64,000 bases of DNA from Xanthomonas citri pv. mangiferaeindicae (lineage in GTDB: Bacteria; Pseudomonadota; Gammaproteobacteria; Xanthomonadales; Xanthomonadaceae): the NCBI GenBank assembly GCA_002240395.1, contig CP016836.1:2457174-2521173 (forward strand), in the 5' to 3' direction. Positions 1-10,555 of the stretch are shown here, piece after piece. The notes under the pieces were generated by a model that saw only the letters and a program-made list of their open reading frames with translations, made no database searches and was not told the origin of the DNA. A program made the translations under genes and the position numbers. The stretch's first letter is position 1. Each line of letters starts with the position of its first letter.

Positions 1-2085
1 GTCCAGCGGATATGCAGTCTGCGACCCATAACCGTCGCGCTGGGTGTACATGGGGACGCCGGCCGCGGCGCAGCGCTGGGCAACGCCTGCATTGTTGTAA
101 TACGGACTATCGATCGAGCAGGGATCACCATAGGTGTCGTACGAAGCACCGGCACCGCCGAACAAGTTGCTGATGGAAGGTGCGCGGAAGCCTTGCGCCC
201 AGTTGCCGCGCACCATCAGGTCAGCAAACGGCTTCCACTTGAAGCCTGCCTTGCTGTTGAGCGTATCGCCGAAGTTGCTGTAATCGGAATAGCGCGTCGC
301 CAGGTTGAGCTCCAGCAGGTCCATGCCCGGGAGATCTTTGAAGAGCGGGATCAGCAGCTCCAAGTAGGCGTCGTTGAGATCGTAGCCACCGGAAGTCGGC
401 TGGCGGGCATTGCCCGAGCTGAGGCCTGCCGAAACAAACGCGTCGGGATTGTCATAACCAGACTCCTTACGACGCTCGATGCCCGCTGCGAACCCCATCA
501 TGCCGGCAGGCAGCTCGACCACATCGCCAGAGATGTTCGCAGTCACGCTGCGGCTCTTGTTGTGGTACTTGTCCTTCGCAGTGAACAGGATGTAGTCGAT
601 CTGTGCCTGAGACAGTTCACCCGGGCTTGAGAAGGGATTGAACGGCACGCAGCCGTCGATCACCGCACCAGGTGCGCCGCACTTCACGACGCCATCGGTA
701 TCGAGGAACGACGCCCCGGTGGCGAGGCGGAGGTTGCCCATGTTGATGTCGCCAACCTGGGTGTCGATCTGGTCAGTGCTGTTGTAGTTGAAGCCCACGT
801 CCCAGGTGAAGAACCTCTTGCCGACTTCGAACGAGCCCTCAAGTCCGCCGTACCAGTGGAAGGTCTTGACGTCCTGCTCATAGAAGCGGTCCTGCTCGAC
901 CAGGCGACGACTCCAGTTGAGCTCGCGCGCATTCGCGGTGCCCTTCGTGGGGTTGTAATAGCTGCTGGCCAGCAAGCCCTGGTCGCCGCTCAGGTAGTTG
1001 CCTTCGCCCAGCGGGAATCCGGCCAGCTGCTGGGCCGACACGCGCTGATTGAAGAGCGCGTCCGTGCGAATGGCAATGGTGTCAGACAGGTCGTAACGGC
1101 TCTGCAGAAAGACAGAACGCCGTTCCTGCGGTGTGCGCAGGTAGTTATCCAGTGCGAAGTTATAGCGGTCGGCATTTGTGAATCGATGATAGTTACCGAG
1201 GTCGCGGCCGTCGGCACCCTCGTTGATGACCCACTGGTCGATGCCGGCGACGGGCGTGCGACCGGTTTGCCCATCGATGGCCGCTTCGCGCGACCACGCA
1301 TCGATATCGTCGGTTGGGGTGCCGTTGACCGTGAGGTCCCAAAGCCGCCCGAATTTGCTCGTGGCGCTGTACTGGGACGAGCCGAGTCCGAACACGGGGT
1401 CGCGCGAGATCGCGCGGCTGCCGGCCATCACGGCACTTTCCTTGGTGTAGGACGCACCAAACACGGTGTTTCCGCGGTCGTTGCCGACACCGATAGTGAT
1501 GTCGTGGGATTCGCGTTCGCCGTCACCCTGGCTGAACTGCCCGTAGTAGGTATGGGCCTCGACGCCCTCGAAGTTGTCGCGCGTGATGATATTGACCACG
1601 CCCGCGATTGCATCGGAGCCGTAGATGGACGAAGCGCCGTCCTTCAGCACCTCCACGCGCTCGATCATTGCAGCGGGGATGGTATTGAGATCCACGGTGC
1701 CGTCGAGTGCGGACACCCAGCGGCGACCATTGACGAGCACCAGCGTGCGTGCCGAACCCAGGTTGCGAAGGTCGACACCGGCCGAGCCGTCACCGCCGTT
1801 ATTGAACTGCGTATTGATCGCTGCGCCGTTGACCGCGATCTGCTGCAGCACGTCGGCGATGCTGGTACGGCCAGTCTGCTCGATCGCTTCACGCGACAAG
1901 ACGAGCACAGGCTGCTGGGTCTCGATATCGACCGAGCGGATACGCGATCCCGTCACCTGGATGCGATCGAGCGTAGTGGCATCGCCTTCCTGTGCAACGG
2001 CCGAGCCCGCACTGGCCATGGCACCTGTTCCTGCGATGAGCGCAAGAGTTACCGCGTCACGGAGCTTACTGGTCTTCAAAGACAT
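1..2085 (-). CDS. TonB-dependent outer-membrane receptor, N-terminal ~695 aa (C-terminus lies beyond the left edge of the window)
   Basis: Minus-strand translation from the ATG at ~2085 reads MSLKTSKLRDAVTLALIAGTGAMASAGSAVAQEG (signal peptide), then a DTLDRIQVTGSRI TonB-box-like region, a plug domain (IPAAMIERVEVLKDGASSIYGSDAIAGVVNIITR) and barrel repeats. A GGAGAGAGAG RBS sits just upstream. The gene is not in the ORF track because it has no stop inside the window. Confidence 0.85.
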   Translation of the reverse strand, partial: MSLKTSKLRDAVTLALIAGTGAMASAGSAVAQEGDATTLDRIQVTGSRIRSVDIETQQPVLVLSREAIEQTGRTSIADVLQQIAVNGAAINTQFNNGGDGSAGVDLRNLGSARTLVLVNGRRWVSALDGTVDLNTIPAAMIERVEVLKDGASSIYGSDAIAGVVNIITRDNFEGVEAHTYYGQFSQGDGERESHDITIGVGNDRGNTVFGASYTKESAVMAGSRAISRDPVFGLGSSQYSATSKFGRLWDLTVNGTPTDDIDAWSREAAIDGQTGRTPVAGIDQWVINEGADGRDLGNYHRFTNADRYNFALDNYLRTPQERRSVFLQSRYDLSDTIAIRTDALFNQRVSAQQLAGFPLGEGNYLSGDQGLLASSYYNPTKGTANARELNWSRRLVEQDRFYEQDVKTFHWYGGLEGSFEVGKRFFTWDVGFNYNSTDQIDTQVGDINMGNLRLATGASFLDTDGVVKCGAPGAVIDGCVPFNPFSSPGELSQAQIDYILFTAKDKYHNKSRSVTANISGDVVELPAGMMGFAAGIERRKESGYDNPDAFVSAGLSSGNARQPTSGGYDLNDAYLELLIPLFKDLPGMDLLELNLATRYSDYSNFGDTLNSKAGFKWKPFADLMVRGNWAQGFRAPSISNLFGGAGASYDTYGDPCSIDSPYYNNAGVAQRCAAAGVPMYTQRDGYGSQTAYPLD

Positions 2086-2318
2086 CTCTCTCTCCAAGGT
2101 GAGTCTTGGGGTTGCCCCCAAGAAAGGAACCTGCTGCAGGCGTCAATCGAAACGCCAAATCCGGCAAGGTTGCAGCCGATACTAGCGAGGGCGAGAGAAA
2201 AATTAAAGGTCCGTTAACGGCGCGCCTACGTGACGTGAATTCATTCCGGGCGGCGACACCAAGCCTTTCAAGCTGAATAGGGGTTCAGGCTTGGCCCGTG
2301 CGCCGCGCTTGGATCAAG

Positions 2319-2345
2319 ACAAAAAAAGGGCGCCAATGGCGCCCT
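2319..2345 (-). terminator. Rho-independent terminator for the 2346..3197 gene (hairpin AAGGGCGCC-AAT-GGCGCCCTT followed by a U7 run on the minus strand)
   Basis: Perfect 9-bp stem with a 3-nt loop directly after the stop codon; the A7 run on the plus strand gives a U-run on the minus-strand transcript. Confidence 0.75.
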
Positions 2346-3197
2346 TCACAGATCCTGCTGGTACCGGATGTACGGCACGGCGCCGTCGTCGTCGGGCAGG
2401 TCGGCCATGCGAGAGAACGGATTCTTTCCGCGGGTGACCACGTTCTCGGCGCCGACGGTGAGCTGGCCGCTCCAGGGCGTGCGCCAGCTCACGCCCACGC
2501 CCAGGCCTTCCCACTTGGGGAGCCCGGGGGTGTCGACGACCTGGCCGACGATATTGGCGCTGAAGCGCCCGATGCCGCCGCCGACGCTGACACTACTGCT
2601 CGTCCACTGGTCGCTGAGGTCGGGCGGTGCGGTTGCCGACGGGATCAGGGTCGCCTTGGCGAGCGTTCCGGCCAGCGAGACGTACGCGTCGTCGCCAATG
2701 TTCTTTCTGGCGAACACGGTCAGGTCGTGGACGTCGACCCGGCCGGCCGAGCCGCCACGTGCAGGCGTCAGCCAGCCCGGCAGCGTGTCGCGGCCTTCGC
2801 CGAAGGTCACGCCGGCACCACCGCCGGGTCGGCTGAAAGAGGCGGTCGCGGTGGCCCGACGGTTACCGGGGGCCGGATCGTCGAGCGAGGCGAGCTGGCA
2901 ATTGCGCGCCAGGCTGCTGACGGCACCGTTGAAGCTGCTGCCGGGGCTGCACAACAAGGCGAGCGAGCTGCCGGGTTCGAGGCCGAAGGCGGCGTCGAAT
3001 CGGTTCTCGCCCATGCGCCAGCGGCCGCCCGCCTGGTGCGGCGTGGCCGGTTCCAGGACGAGGAAGGCTTCGACCTTGCCGGAAGTATCGAGGACCGGCA
3101 GTACGGTCTGGTTGCGCTTTTCCTGCGCATGCGCACCCGCCGCCACGCAGAGCGCGAGGGACGAGGCGAGCAGCAGTGGCGTCAAAGACAGTCGCAT
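2346..3197 (-). CDS. Hypothetical secreted / outer-membrane protein (283 aa) with an N-terminal signal peptide
   Basis: ORF-track protein starts MRLSLTPLLLASSLALCVAAGAHAQE, a classic Sec signal. It is Gly/Ser/Pro-rich with alternating-pattern beta stretches. I recognise no family. Confidence 0.5.
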   Translation of the reverse strand: MRLSLTPLLLASSLALCVAAGAHAQEKRNQTVLPVLDTSGKVEAFLVLEPATPHQAGGRWRMGENRFDAAFGLEPGSSLALLCSPGSSFNGAVSSLARNCQLASLDDPAPGNRRATATASFSRPGGGAGVTFGEGRDTLPGWLTPARGGSAGRVDVHDLTVFARKNIGDDAYVSLAGTLAKATLIPSATAPPDLSDQWTSSSVSVGGGIGRFSANIVGQVVDTPGLPKWEGLGVGVSWRTPWSGQLTVGAENVVTRGKNPFSRMADLPDDDGAVPYIRYQQDL

Positions 3198-3261
3198 GGC
3201 CGATGTGACCCGGTCGTTGCCGGGAAGTTCCCCAGATTCACCGACCCTACTCTAGAGGGTT

Positions 3262-3298
3262 TATGTTTATTTAACAATCCTGCCACTGTCCCGGCAGG
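3262..3298 (-). terminator. Putative terminator hairpin for hslO (CCTGCC..GGCAGG) followed by an AT-rich tract
   Basis: 6-bp inverted repeat about 5 bp after the hslO stop, flanked by ATTGTTAAATAAACAT. The AT-rich stretch could also be the promoter of the 2346..3197 gene. Confidence 0.35.
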
Positions 3299-3302
3299 GC
3301 CC

Positions 3303-4208
3303 CTACTGCAACCGGTCCGACGCCTCGCCGCTGGCCACCGGGGCCGCCAGCAAGTGCTCGATCTCGTCCTCGGAGAACCGGTAGACACGACCGCAGAACT
3401 CGCAGGTGACCGAGGCCTCGCCGTCAACGGCGGCCGCGCGGGCCTCCGTTTCGCCCAGCGAGACCAGCATCGCCTCCACGCGCTCGCGTGAGCACGAGCA
3501 GGCGAAGGCCAACGGACGTTCTCCGAGCACCTGTGGATCGTCGTCGGGAAACAACCGTGTCAGCAGCGTCTCCACGGGCCATCGAAGCAATTCGCTGGTC
3601 GAGAGCGTGTCAAACAGGATGCTCGCCCGGTTCCAGCCGTCCTCGTCGCCTTCGTCGCCCGGCAGCTTCTGCAGCATCAGTCCGGCGGCGTGGTCGCCCT
3701 CGACTGCAAGCAGCACGCGGGTCGGCAACTGTTCGGACTGGCGGAAGTAGTCCTCGAACGCGCCCGACAGCGATTCGGACTGCAGGCCGACCAAGCCCTG
3801 GTACCGCATCGGGTCACGGCCCTGTGCGGGGTTTTCGATCGTCAGCGCCAGGATCGCGTCATCGCCCAGCGTGCGCAGGTCGCGTGAGATGGTCTCCGCA
3901 CCCGCCTCGGCGATCCGCGCAATGCCGCGGATGGTGCCGGCCGCGGTGCACTCGGCAAACAGCGCCCGCAGCGGCCCGGATGCGCGCAGTTGCACCGACA
4001 GCCGGCCGTCGACCTTGGCATGGCCGGTGAACAGCGCGGCGGCAGCACAGGCCTCGCCCAGCAGGACTTCGACCGAGGCGGGGTAGCGTGCGTTCGCCAG
4101 GACCCGGCGCCAAGTCTCGGTCAGGTGCACGCGGACGCCGCGCACGCCGGCGCGCTGGAGCAGGAAGCGGGACAGCCGGTCGCTGTCGGGAGCGGAGGTT
4201 TCGGTCAT
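3303..4208 (-). CDS. hslO: Hsp33 redox-regulated chaperone (301 aa)
   Basis: [17 protein letters not shown]... through C-terminal [16 protein letters not shown]...[12 protein letters not shown], the CxC...CxxC zinc/redox switch of Hsp33. Start placed by residue counting within ORF 3303..4955 (Met 250). Confidence 0.9.
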   Translation of the reverse strand: MTETSAPDSDRLSRFLLQRAGVRGVRVHLTETWRRVLANARYPASVEVLLGEACAAAALFTGHAKVDGRLSVQLRASGPLRALFAECTAAGTIRGIARIAEAGAETISRDLRTLGDDAILALTIENPAQGRDPMRYQGLVGLQSESLSGAFEDYFRQSEQLPTRVLLAVEGDHAAGLMLQKLPGDEGDEDGWNRASILFDTLSTSELLRWPVETLLTRLFPDDDPQVLGERPLAFACSCSRERVEAMLVSLGETEARAAAVDGEASVTCEFCGRVYRFSEDEIEHLLAAPVASGEASDRLQ

Positions 4209-4268
4209 GAGGTCGTCGTGAGGCGGCGGCGATTGGCGGCATCGGGCGTGCCCGATACAGTGGCCGCC

Positions 4269-5045
4269 ATGATGCAGTCGGTTCGAGAAGATGGGGGCGA
4301 GGGCGGCGCTGCGCAAGCAGGCGTCGCACATCGCCGCGTGGCGCCGCGTCGGCGCCGATGGCTGCGCAGGCTGCTGTGGCTGCCGGTGCTGGCGATCGGG
4401 TTCACCGTGTTGCAGGTCCTGGTGCTGCGCGTGATCGATCCGCCGTTCTCGACGGTCATGGCACTCCGCCAGATCGAGGCCTGGACCGGCGGAGAGGATG
4501 ACTTCGTGCTCTACCACCAGTGGCGCGATCTGGACCAGATCGCGCCCTCGCTTGCGGTCTCGGTCATTGCCGCCGAGGACCAGAACTTCGCGCGGCATCG
4601 CGGCTTCGATCTCGAGGCGATCGAGCGCGCCCGCGCGCACAACGCCCGTGGCCGCTCGACCCGGGGCGCAAGCACGATCAGTCAGCAGACGGCGAAGAAT
4701 CTGTTCCTGTGGAGCGGGCGCAGTTGGGTGCGCAAGGGCCTGGAGGCCTGGTACACGGTGCTGATCGAACTGCTCTGGCCCAAGACCCGGATCCTGGAGG
4801 TGTATCTGAACGTCGCGGAGTTCGGCGACGGGATCTATGGCGCGCAGGCTGCTGCACGTGCGCATTTCGGCAAGGACGCCGCCCAACTGTCGCGTGCGCA
4901 GAGTGCGAGGTTGGCAGCGGTGCTGCCGAGCCCACGGCGCTACAACGCCGCCCATCCCGGGCCTTATGTCCAGCGCCGGGCGCAGTGGATCGAACGCAAT
5001 GCGCGCCAGATCGGCGGCGAGGCCTATCTGGACACGCTGCGATGA
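4269..5045 (+). CDS. mtgA: Monofunctional biosynthetic peptidoglycan transglycosylase (~258 aa)
   Basis: N-terminal TM helix [23 protein letters not shown], then the GT51 motifs [32 protein letters not shown] and [15 protein letters not shown]. Start is Met 94 of ORF 3990..5045; it may be the Met one codon downstream. Confidence 0.8.
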   Translation: MMQSVREDGGEGGAAQAGVAHRRVAPRRRRWLRRLLWLPVLAIGFTVLQVLVLRVIDPPFSTVMALRQIEAWTGGEDDFVLYHQWRDLDQIAPSLAVSVIAAEDQNFARHRGFDLEAIERARAHNARGRSTRGASTISQQTAKNLFLWSGRSWVRKGLEAWYTVLIELLWPKTRILEVYLNVAEFGDGIYGAQAAARAHFGKDAAQLSRAQSARLAAVLPSPRRYNAAHPGPYVQRRAQWIERNARQIGGEAYLDTLR

Positions 5046-6046
5046 GCGCCGGCGCGCCGGCCGAGCGCCTGACGATCGTCATCGCCGCCTTCGACGAAGC
5101 ACGGTCGTTACCGCTGCTGCACCCCCGCATCGCCGCGGTCATGGAGACGCTTGCCGACGATGGCATCGACGCGGGCGTGTTGTACGTCGACGACGGCAGT
5201 ACCGATGGGACCTGGGAGGTGCTGCAGGCACTGGCGGTATCGGATCGGCGGGTGTCGCTGCTGCGGCTGTCGCGCAACTTCGGCAAGGAGATCGCGTTGA
5301 CTGCGGGCCTGGATCTGGTGACCGAGGGGGCGGCGATGATCCTCGATGCCGATGGCCAGGATCCGCCGGAGCTGATCCCAAGCTTCGTCGCGCTCTGGCG
5401 CCAGGGCTACGACGACGTCCACGGCACCCGGCTCAGCCGAGAAGGGGAGCGGTGGTTCAAGAAGCTCACCGCGCACGTGTTCTATCGGGTGATGCAGCGG
5501 CTGGCCAAGACGCCAGTGCCGGCCGATACCGGCGACTACCGGCTGCTGTCGCCGCGCGCACTGGCCGCGTTGCGCCAGTTGCGCGAGCGGCATCGATTCA
5601 TGAAGGGCCTGTTCGGCTGGATCGGGTTCAATCGTGTCGCGCTGCCCTACGAGCGGCATGCGCGTTTGGCGGGGCGCACGAAGTTCGGCTTCTGGCGGCT
5701 GTGGAACTTCGCACTCGAGGGCGTGACCAGCTTCTCGACCGCGCCGTTGCGGCTGGCGACCTACGTCGGTGTGTTCACCGCGTTCGGCGCGTTCGCGTTC
5801 GCCCTGTGGGTCATCGCCAAGGCGATGCTGTTCGGCGATCGTGTGGCCGGCTGGCCGACGATGATGGCGGTGATCCTGTTCCTGGGCGGCGTGCAACTGG
5901 TGGCGCTGGGCGTGATCGGCGAGTACCTGGGCCGGTTGTACGAGGAGTCCAAGCAGCGGCCGCTCTACTTCGTGCGCGATTGGCATCCGGCGGGCACTGC
6001 CACGCCTGCGCTCGAGAATCCAATCGGCCACCACCACAGCCGCTGA
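5042..6046 (+). CDS. Family-2 glycosyltransferase, polyprenyl-phosphate sugar transferase type (ArnC/DPM1-like), with two C-terminal TM helices
   Basis: [10 protein letters not shown]...[16 protein letters not shown]...[14 protein letters not shown] (DxD) plus a C-terminal membrane segment. The ATG overlaps the mtgA stop (ATGA), which indicates translational coupling. Confidence 0.8.
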   Translation: MSAGAPAERLTIVIAAFDEARSLPLLHPRIAAVMETLADDGIDAGVLYVDDGSTDGTWEVLQALAVSDRRVSLLRLSRNFGKEIALTAGLDLVTEGAAMILDADGQDPPELIPSFVALWRQGYDDVHGTRLSREGERWFKKLTAHVFYRVMQRLAKTPVPADTGDYRLLSPRALAALRQLRERHRFMKGLFGWIGFNRVALPYERHARLAGRTKFGFWRLWNFALEGVTSFSTAPLRLATYVGVFTAFGAFAFALWVIAKAMLFGDRVAGWPTMMAVILFLGGVQLVALGVIGEYLGRLYEESKQRPLYFVRDWHPAGTATPALENPIGHHHSR

Positions 6047-6049
6047 GGC

Positions 6050-8029
6050 TCACTTGGCGTAGGCGCCGCCGCAGCTGCTGTCCTCGCCGCCGCCCAGTTC
6101 CAGGGTCGCCAGCAGCGCGGCGGGCGGCGCGATCGAGCCGAGCGCGAGTGCGACCGCGCCGCGCAGGCCCAGACGGGCCATGTCGGGGCGGAAGCTGGGG
6201 TCGGCGAAGGTGCCGCCGATCACCAGCGGCGAGCGCAGCGCGAGAATGCTGCGGTCCTTGGGCCGCGGGCGCAGCTCCAGATCCAGGGTCTCCTGGCCGA
6301 GGTCGATACGCCCGTCGCCGACGATCAGGGTGTCGGTGGTGTCGAATGCGAGTGCACGGCTTTGCATGACGCCCTTCTGCACGCCGAAATCGGCGAATGC
6401 GCAGCGGACCGGGATCTGCTTGTCCTTGCCGATCAGATACTTGAGCGTCTCGTAGATGTCGATCCCGGCCAGCTCGACGAGCATATTGCTGACCCGGCCT
6501 CTGCCCATTCCGACGGCGATATCGCCGTTGGCGCTGCCCAGCATTGCGGCGACCGAGTTGCCGGTGCCGGCGAGATTGAAGTCGCCGCCGATCTTGCCCA
6601 CTGCCTGGCTGGCGAGCGCGGTATCGGGGAACAGGCCGCCCAGGTCGACGCGGCGCACGCTGGCCTGGAGCCGGGTGTCGATGGTGTCGTTGCGCGCATC
6701 CATGCGGATGGTCGAGCGGATATTGCCGCCCGCGACGCCGAAGTTCAGTGGATCGAGCCGCAGCAACCCTGCCTCGAGCTTGAGATGGGCGTCCATGTCG
6801 TCGATCGGCAGCTTCGGTGCGTTGATGCGTTGTGCGCGCAGGCGCACGTCGGCGTCCATCGAGCGCAACTTGCCCAGCTCGTAGGGGGTATCGGGGATCA
6901 CCTTGCCCCGGGCGGCGAGGGCCTGTTCGCGCCGGACGAGCTCGGGATCGAGCGGCGCATCGCCTTCGCTATCGGGCGTGCCGCCGATGAAGCCGGCCAG
7001 ATCATCGAAATCCAGACGCCTGGACACCAGGTCGGCCTTCAGGAAGGGCCGCTCGCCGCCCACGGTGAAAGCGGCCGAGCCGCCGAGGTCGCTCTGGCCG
7101 ACCTTGCCGGTGAAGCCATCGTAATGCCAGGTCTGGCCGTCGCGGGTCAGGCGCCCGTCGAGGGCGTAAGGCGGGGTGTCGGGCAGGGCGACCCCGACCA
7201 GCGGATACAGATGTTCCAGATTGCGCCCCGACAGTGCGAACTGCAGGTCGAAGTCGCGCAGTTCGAACGGCGCGGTGAGGCTGCCGCGCGCGTGTGCGTG
7301 GGTCGTGCCCGCAGACGCGCGCAGGTCGAGGTGGTAGGGCTTGTCTTCGTCCTGCAGCGCGAGCGGAGACTCGGCCACGCCTTCAAGCGTGAAGCCGTTG
7401 CCGCTCCACTGGCCATCGCCCTCGATCGCGATCGCAGGCGCCGCGTCGGCCCCCGCGCGCGAGGGCCGGCTGGCCAGGCGCACGTCCACGCGGGTCTTGC
7501 TCGGTGCGTCGACGAAACGCAGGCGCCCATCGTCGACCCAGAGGCGGCGGATCTGCATCGGCTCTCCGTCGCCATCGCCCATGTCGAACGTCCAGTTGCC
7601 GCCGCTCCCGTCCGGGTTGGTTTCAAGCAGCAGCACCGGGCGTGCCAGGCGGATTTCGGGCAGGCGGATGCGGCCGCGGAGCAGCGGGAAGACCTCGACC
7701 TGCAGTTCCAGCCGGTCCGCCGCCGCCATCGTCCTGTCCTTGGCCCAGTCGGCATTGGCGAAGCGCAGGCGATCCGCACGCACGGTGGTCACCCGGCCCA
7801 GGTCGACATCGAGGTCGCCGCCGATCTGCAGCACGCGCCCCGTCTGCGCGTGGACGATGCGCTCGACCGGGCGTTTGAACCAGTTCCAGTCCCAGAAGAG
7901 GATCAGCAGCAGCACCAGGACCGCGATCACCGCCAGCACGACGCGCCCCGGATGTCCGAAGAATGCGCCGCGCACGCGCGTGGCGTGCGAGCGCGGGGGC
8001 GGTACGGCAGTGGGCGTGGGATCGGTCAT
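6050..8029 (-). CDS. AsmA-family outer-membrane biogenesis protein (659 aa)
   Basis: N-terminal anchor VVLAVIAVLVLLLILFW followed by a long repetitive beta-rich periplasmic domain, typical of AsmA/TamB-like proteins. Start is Met 17 of ORF 6050..8077. Confidence 0.7.
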   Translation of the reverse strand: MTDPTPTAVPPPRSHATRVRGAFFGHPGRVVLAVIAVLVLLLILFWDWNWFKRPVERIVHAQTGRVLQIGGDLDVDLGRVTTVRADRLRFANADWAKDRTMAAADRLELQVEVFPLLRGRIRLPEIRLARPVLLLETNPDGSGGNWTFDMGDGDGEPMQIRRLWVDDGRLRFVDAPSKTRVDVRLASRPSRAGADAAPAIAIEGDGQWSGNGFTLEGVAESPLALQDEDKPYHLDLRASAGTTHAHARGSLTAPFELRDFDLQFALSGRNLEHLYPLVGVALPDTPPYALDGRLTRDGQTWHYDGFTGKVGQSDLGGSAAFTVGGERPFLKADLVSRRLDFDDLAGFIGGTPDSEGDAPLDPELVRREQALAARGKVIPDTPYELGKLRSMDADVRLRAQRINAPKLPIDDMDAHLKLEAGLLRLDPLNFGVAGGNIRSTIRMDARNDTIDTRLQASVRRVDLGGLFPDTALASQAVGKIGGDFNLAGTGNSVAAMLGSANGDIAVGMGRGRVSNMLVELAGIDIYETLKYLIGKDKQIPVRCAFADFGVQKGVMQSRALAFDTTDTLIVGDGRIDLGQETLDLELRPRPKDRSILALRSPLVIGGTFADPSFRPDMARLGLRGAVALALGSIAPPAALLATLELGGGEDSSCGGAYAK

Positions 8030-8140
8030 CGCGGCTCGCGTCCTGTTTGCGAGGCACCATCCCGCCCGCTCGATCAAGCCCGGGTGAATCCGTTGTGGCG
8101 CGTTCAGTCCGCGGATTCGACGCCACCGCGCGCGTTGGCA

Positions 8141-8794
8141 TCAGCGCGCCGGCACGACCTGGGCGAGCACCGCAACGTAGTGACAGACGCTGCCGGCGAT
8201 GCAGAACAGGTGCCAGATCGCATGCGCGTAAGGGATCGACTCGCGCATGTAGAAGAACGTGCCCAGGGTGTAGAACACGCCGCCGGCGATGATCCAGCTC
8301 AAGGTCCAGGTGTCGAGCGCGGCGGCGACCGGGCCGATCGCGATCACCACCAGCCAGCCCATCGCCACGTAGATCGCGGTCGACAGGCCACGGAAGCGCC
8401 CGGTGTAGAACAGCTTGAAGACCACGCCGGCCAGCGCCAGGGTCCAGATGGTGCCAAACAGCCACCAGCCCAATGTGCCGCGCAGCCCGATCAGCGTGAA
8501 CGGTGTATAGGTGCCGGCGATCAACAGATAGATCGCGCAGTGGTCGAACACTTTCAGCCGGCCCTTGAGGACCGGGTGGTGGACGGCGTGATAGAGCGTC
8601 GAAGCCAGGTAGAGCAGCAGCAGCGTGATGCCGAAGACGATCGAGGCGCCGAGTTGCCAGCCGTTGCCGTACAGCGCGGCGAGCGTGATCAATACCGCGC
8701 CGGCGGCGAGCGCCGCGGTCGCGCCGAGGCCGTGGGTCAGCGCACTCGCGAATTCCTCGCGCTTCTCGCGCAGGGACGGGACAGGGGAGGCCAT
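8141..8794 (-). CDS. Hemolysin-III / PAQR family 7-TM channel protein (217 aa)
   Basis: MASPVPSLREKREEFASALTHGLG... with seven hydrophobic helices and the conserved His residues (HAVHHP..., HAIWHLF) of the Hly-III family. Start is Met 47 of ORF 8141..8932. Confidence 0.8.
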   Translation of the reverse strand: MASPVPSLREKREEFASALTHGLGATAALAAGAVLITLAALYGNGWQLGASIVFGITLLLLYLASTLYHAVHHPVLKGRLKVFDHCAIYLLIAGTYTPFTLIGLRGTLGWWLFGTIWTLALAGVVFKLFYTGRFRGLSTAIYVAMGWLVVIAIGPVAAALDTWTLSWIIAGGVFYTLGTFFYMRESIPYAHAIWHLFCIAGSVCHYVAVLAQVVPAR

Positions 8795-8879
8795 GTTGGT
8801 GCGTCCGACGGGGGAGGGACTGGTCGGATTATGACCCCCGCGGCGCGGTCCTGTCAGACCGCACCGGTCGAGCCGGCGG

Positions 8880-10484
8880 TCAGGCGGCCGGCATCGCGTG
8901 CGCATGCTCCCGCGTGGCCAGGAATTCGACACCCGGCGCGCGCTCCTCGGCCAGTTGCAGGTTCACCCGGGTCGGTGCGAGATAGACCAACTGGTCGGCC
9001 GCGTCGATCGCGAGATTGCCTGCGTGTTTGTCGCGGAAGTCCTCAAGCTTCTTGGCGTCCGCGCAGCGGATCCAGCGCGCGGTCGAGACCTGCACCGGTT
9101 CGAAGATCGCGTCCACGCCGTACTCGTCCTTGAGCCGGTAGGCGACCACGTCGAACTGCAGCACGCCGACCGCGCCAAGGATCAGGTCGTTGCTCATCAG
9201 CGGCTTGAAGAACTGAGTCGCGCCTTCCTCGCTGAGCTGCGCCAGCCCCTTCTGCAACTGCTTGAGCTTGAGCGGGTCGCGCAGACGTGCGCGGCGGAAC
9301 AGCTCGGGCGCGAAGTTGGGAATGCCGGTGAAGGCGATCGGCTCGCCTTCGGTGAAGGTGTCGCCGATCGAGATCGTGCCGTGGTTGTGGATGCCGATCA
9401 CATCGCCCGGATAGGCCTCGGCGGCGATCTCGCGGTCGCTGGCCATGAAGGTCAGCGCGTTGGCGAGCTTGAGCTCCTTGCCGCTACGCGGGTGGAAGGC
9501 CTTCATGCCGGCGGCGAACCGGCCCGAGCACACACGCATGAACGCGACCCGGTCGCGATGCTGCGGATCCATGTTGGCCTGGATCTTGAACACGAAGCCG
9601 GTCAGCTTGTCCTCCTGCGGCGCCACGGTGCGCGTGGTCGTGGCGCGCGGTTGCGGCGGCGGTGCGTGTTCGACGAAGAAGTCGAGCAGCGGCTGGACGC
9701 CGAAGTTGTTGACGCCCGAGCCGAAGAACACCGGCGTCTGCCGGCCGGCGCGATAGGCCGCAAGGTCGAACGGATGGCTGGCGCCCTGCACCAGCTCCAA
9801 CTCATCGCGCAGGTCGGCCAGCATCGCCTGACCGATTCGCTCGGCCAGGCCGGGCGCATCCAGCGAGGGGAAGATCGTCGAGTCCTGGCGGGTGAAGTTG
9901 CGGCCTTGTTCGTAGAGATGCACTTCGCCGGTGAGCAGGTGCACGACACCCTTCAGGCGCTGGCCCATGCCGATCGGCCAGGTCACCGGGGCGCACTGGA
10001 TGCCCAGCACGCGCTCGACTTCGTCGAGCAGGTCGACCGGGTCCTTGCCCTCGCGGTCGAGCTTGTTGACGAAGGTCATGATCGGCGTGTCGCGCATGCG
10101 GCACACCTCCATCAGCTTGATCGTGCGCTCCTCGACGCCCTTGGCGACGTCGATGACCATCAGCGCCGAGTCGACCGCGGTCAGCACGCGATAGGTGTCC
10201 TCGCCGAAGTCGGCGTGGCCGGGCGTGTCGAGCAGGTTGACGATGCGGCCCTCGTAGGGGAACTGCATCACCGAGCTGGTGACCGAGATGCCGCGCTCCT
10301 TCTCCAGCGCCATCCAGTCGGACGTCGCGTGACGGGCGGCCTTGCGCCCTTTGACCGAGCCGGCCATCTGGATCGCGCCGCCGAACAGCAGCAGCTTCTC
10401 GGTGAGGGTGGTCTTGCCGGCGTCCGGGTGCGAGATGATCGCGAAGGTACGGCGGCGGGCGGCTTCGGTGGCGACGTCGGGCAT
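8880..10484 (-). CDS. prfC: Peptide chain release factor 3 (534 aa)
   Basis: [39 protein letters not shown]...NLLDTPGH...NKLDR gives the GTPase G1-G4 motifs of RF3. The 1,343-aa track ORF 8880..12911 is an artefactual upstream extension; the real start is fixed by residue count. Confidence 0.9.
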   Translation of the reverse strand: MPDVATEAARRRTFAIISHPDAGKTTLTEKLLLFGGAIQMAGSVKGRKAARHATSDWMALEKERGISVTSSVMQFPYEGRIVNLLDTPGHADFGEDTYRVLTAVDSALMVIDVAKGVEERTIKLMEVCRMRDTPIMTFVNKLDREGKDPVDLLDEVERVLGIQCAPVTWPIGMGQRLKGVVHLLTGEVHLYEQGRNFTRQDSTIFPSLDAPGLAERIGQAMLADLRDELELVQGASHPFDLAAYRAGRQTPVFFGSGVNNFGVQPLLDFFVEHAPPPQPRATTTRTVAPQEDKLTGFVFKIQANMDPQHRDRVAFMRVCSGRFAAGMKAFHPRSGKELKLANALTFMASDREIAAEAYPGDVIGIHNHGTISIGDTFTEGEPIAFTGIPNFAPELFRRARLRDPLKLKQLQKGLAQLSEEGATQFFKPLMSNDLILGAVGVLQFDVVAYRLKDEYGVDAIFEPVQVSTARWIRCADAKKLEDFRDKHAGNLAIDAADQLVYLAPTRVNLQLAEERAPGVEFLATREHAHAMPAA

Positions 10485-10555
10485 GCTGGCGGCGCACGCG
10501 CACGCGTGCGGTCTCGAGGCTTCGGGAAGCCGGCGATTATACGCGGCGGGTCGGC

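Noticed and set aside
856-2217. 453-aa plus-strand ORF and other 60-190-aa ORFs over 1-2200
   Set aside because: All are antisense or off-frame to a TonB-dependent receptor that is clearly recognisable from plug and barrel motifs on the minus strand.
8105-8140. GC-rich inverted repeat GCGCGCG..CGCGCGC near the 3' end of the hemolysin-III gene as a terminator
   Set aside because: It overlaps the stop codon and lacks a U-tract on the transcribed strand. It is more likely coding-sequence palindromy typical of high-GC DNA.
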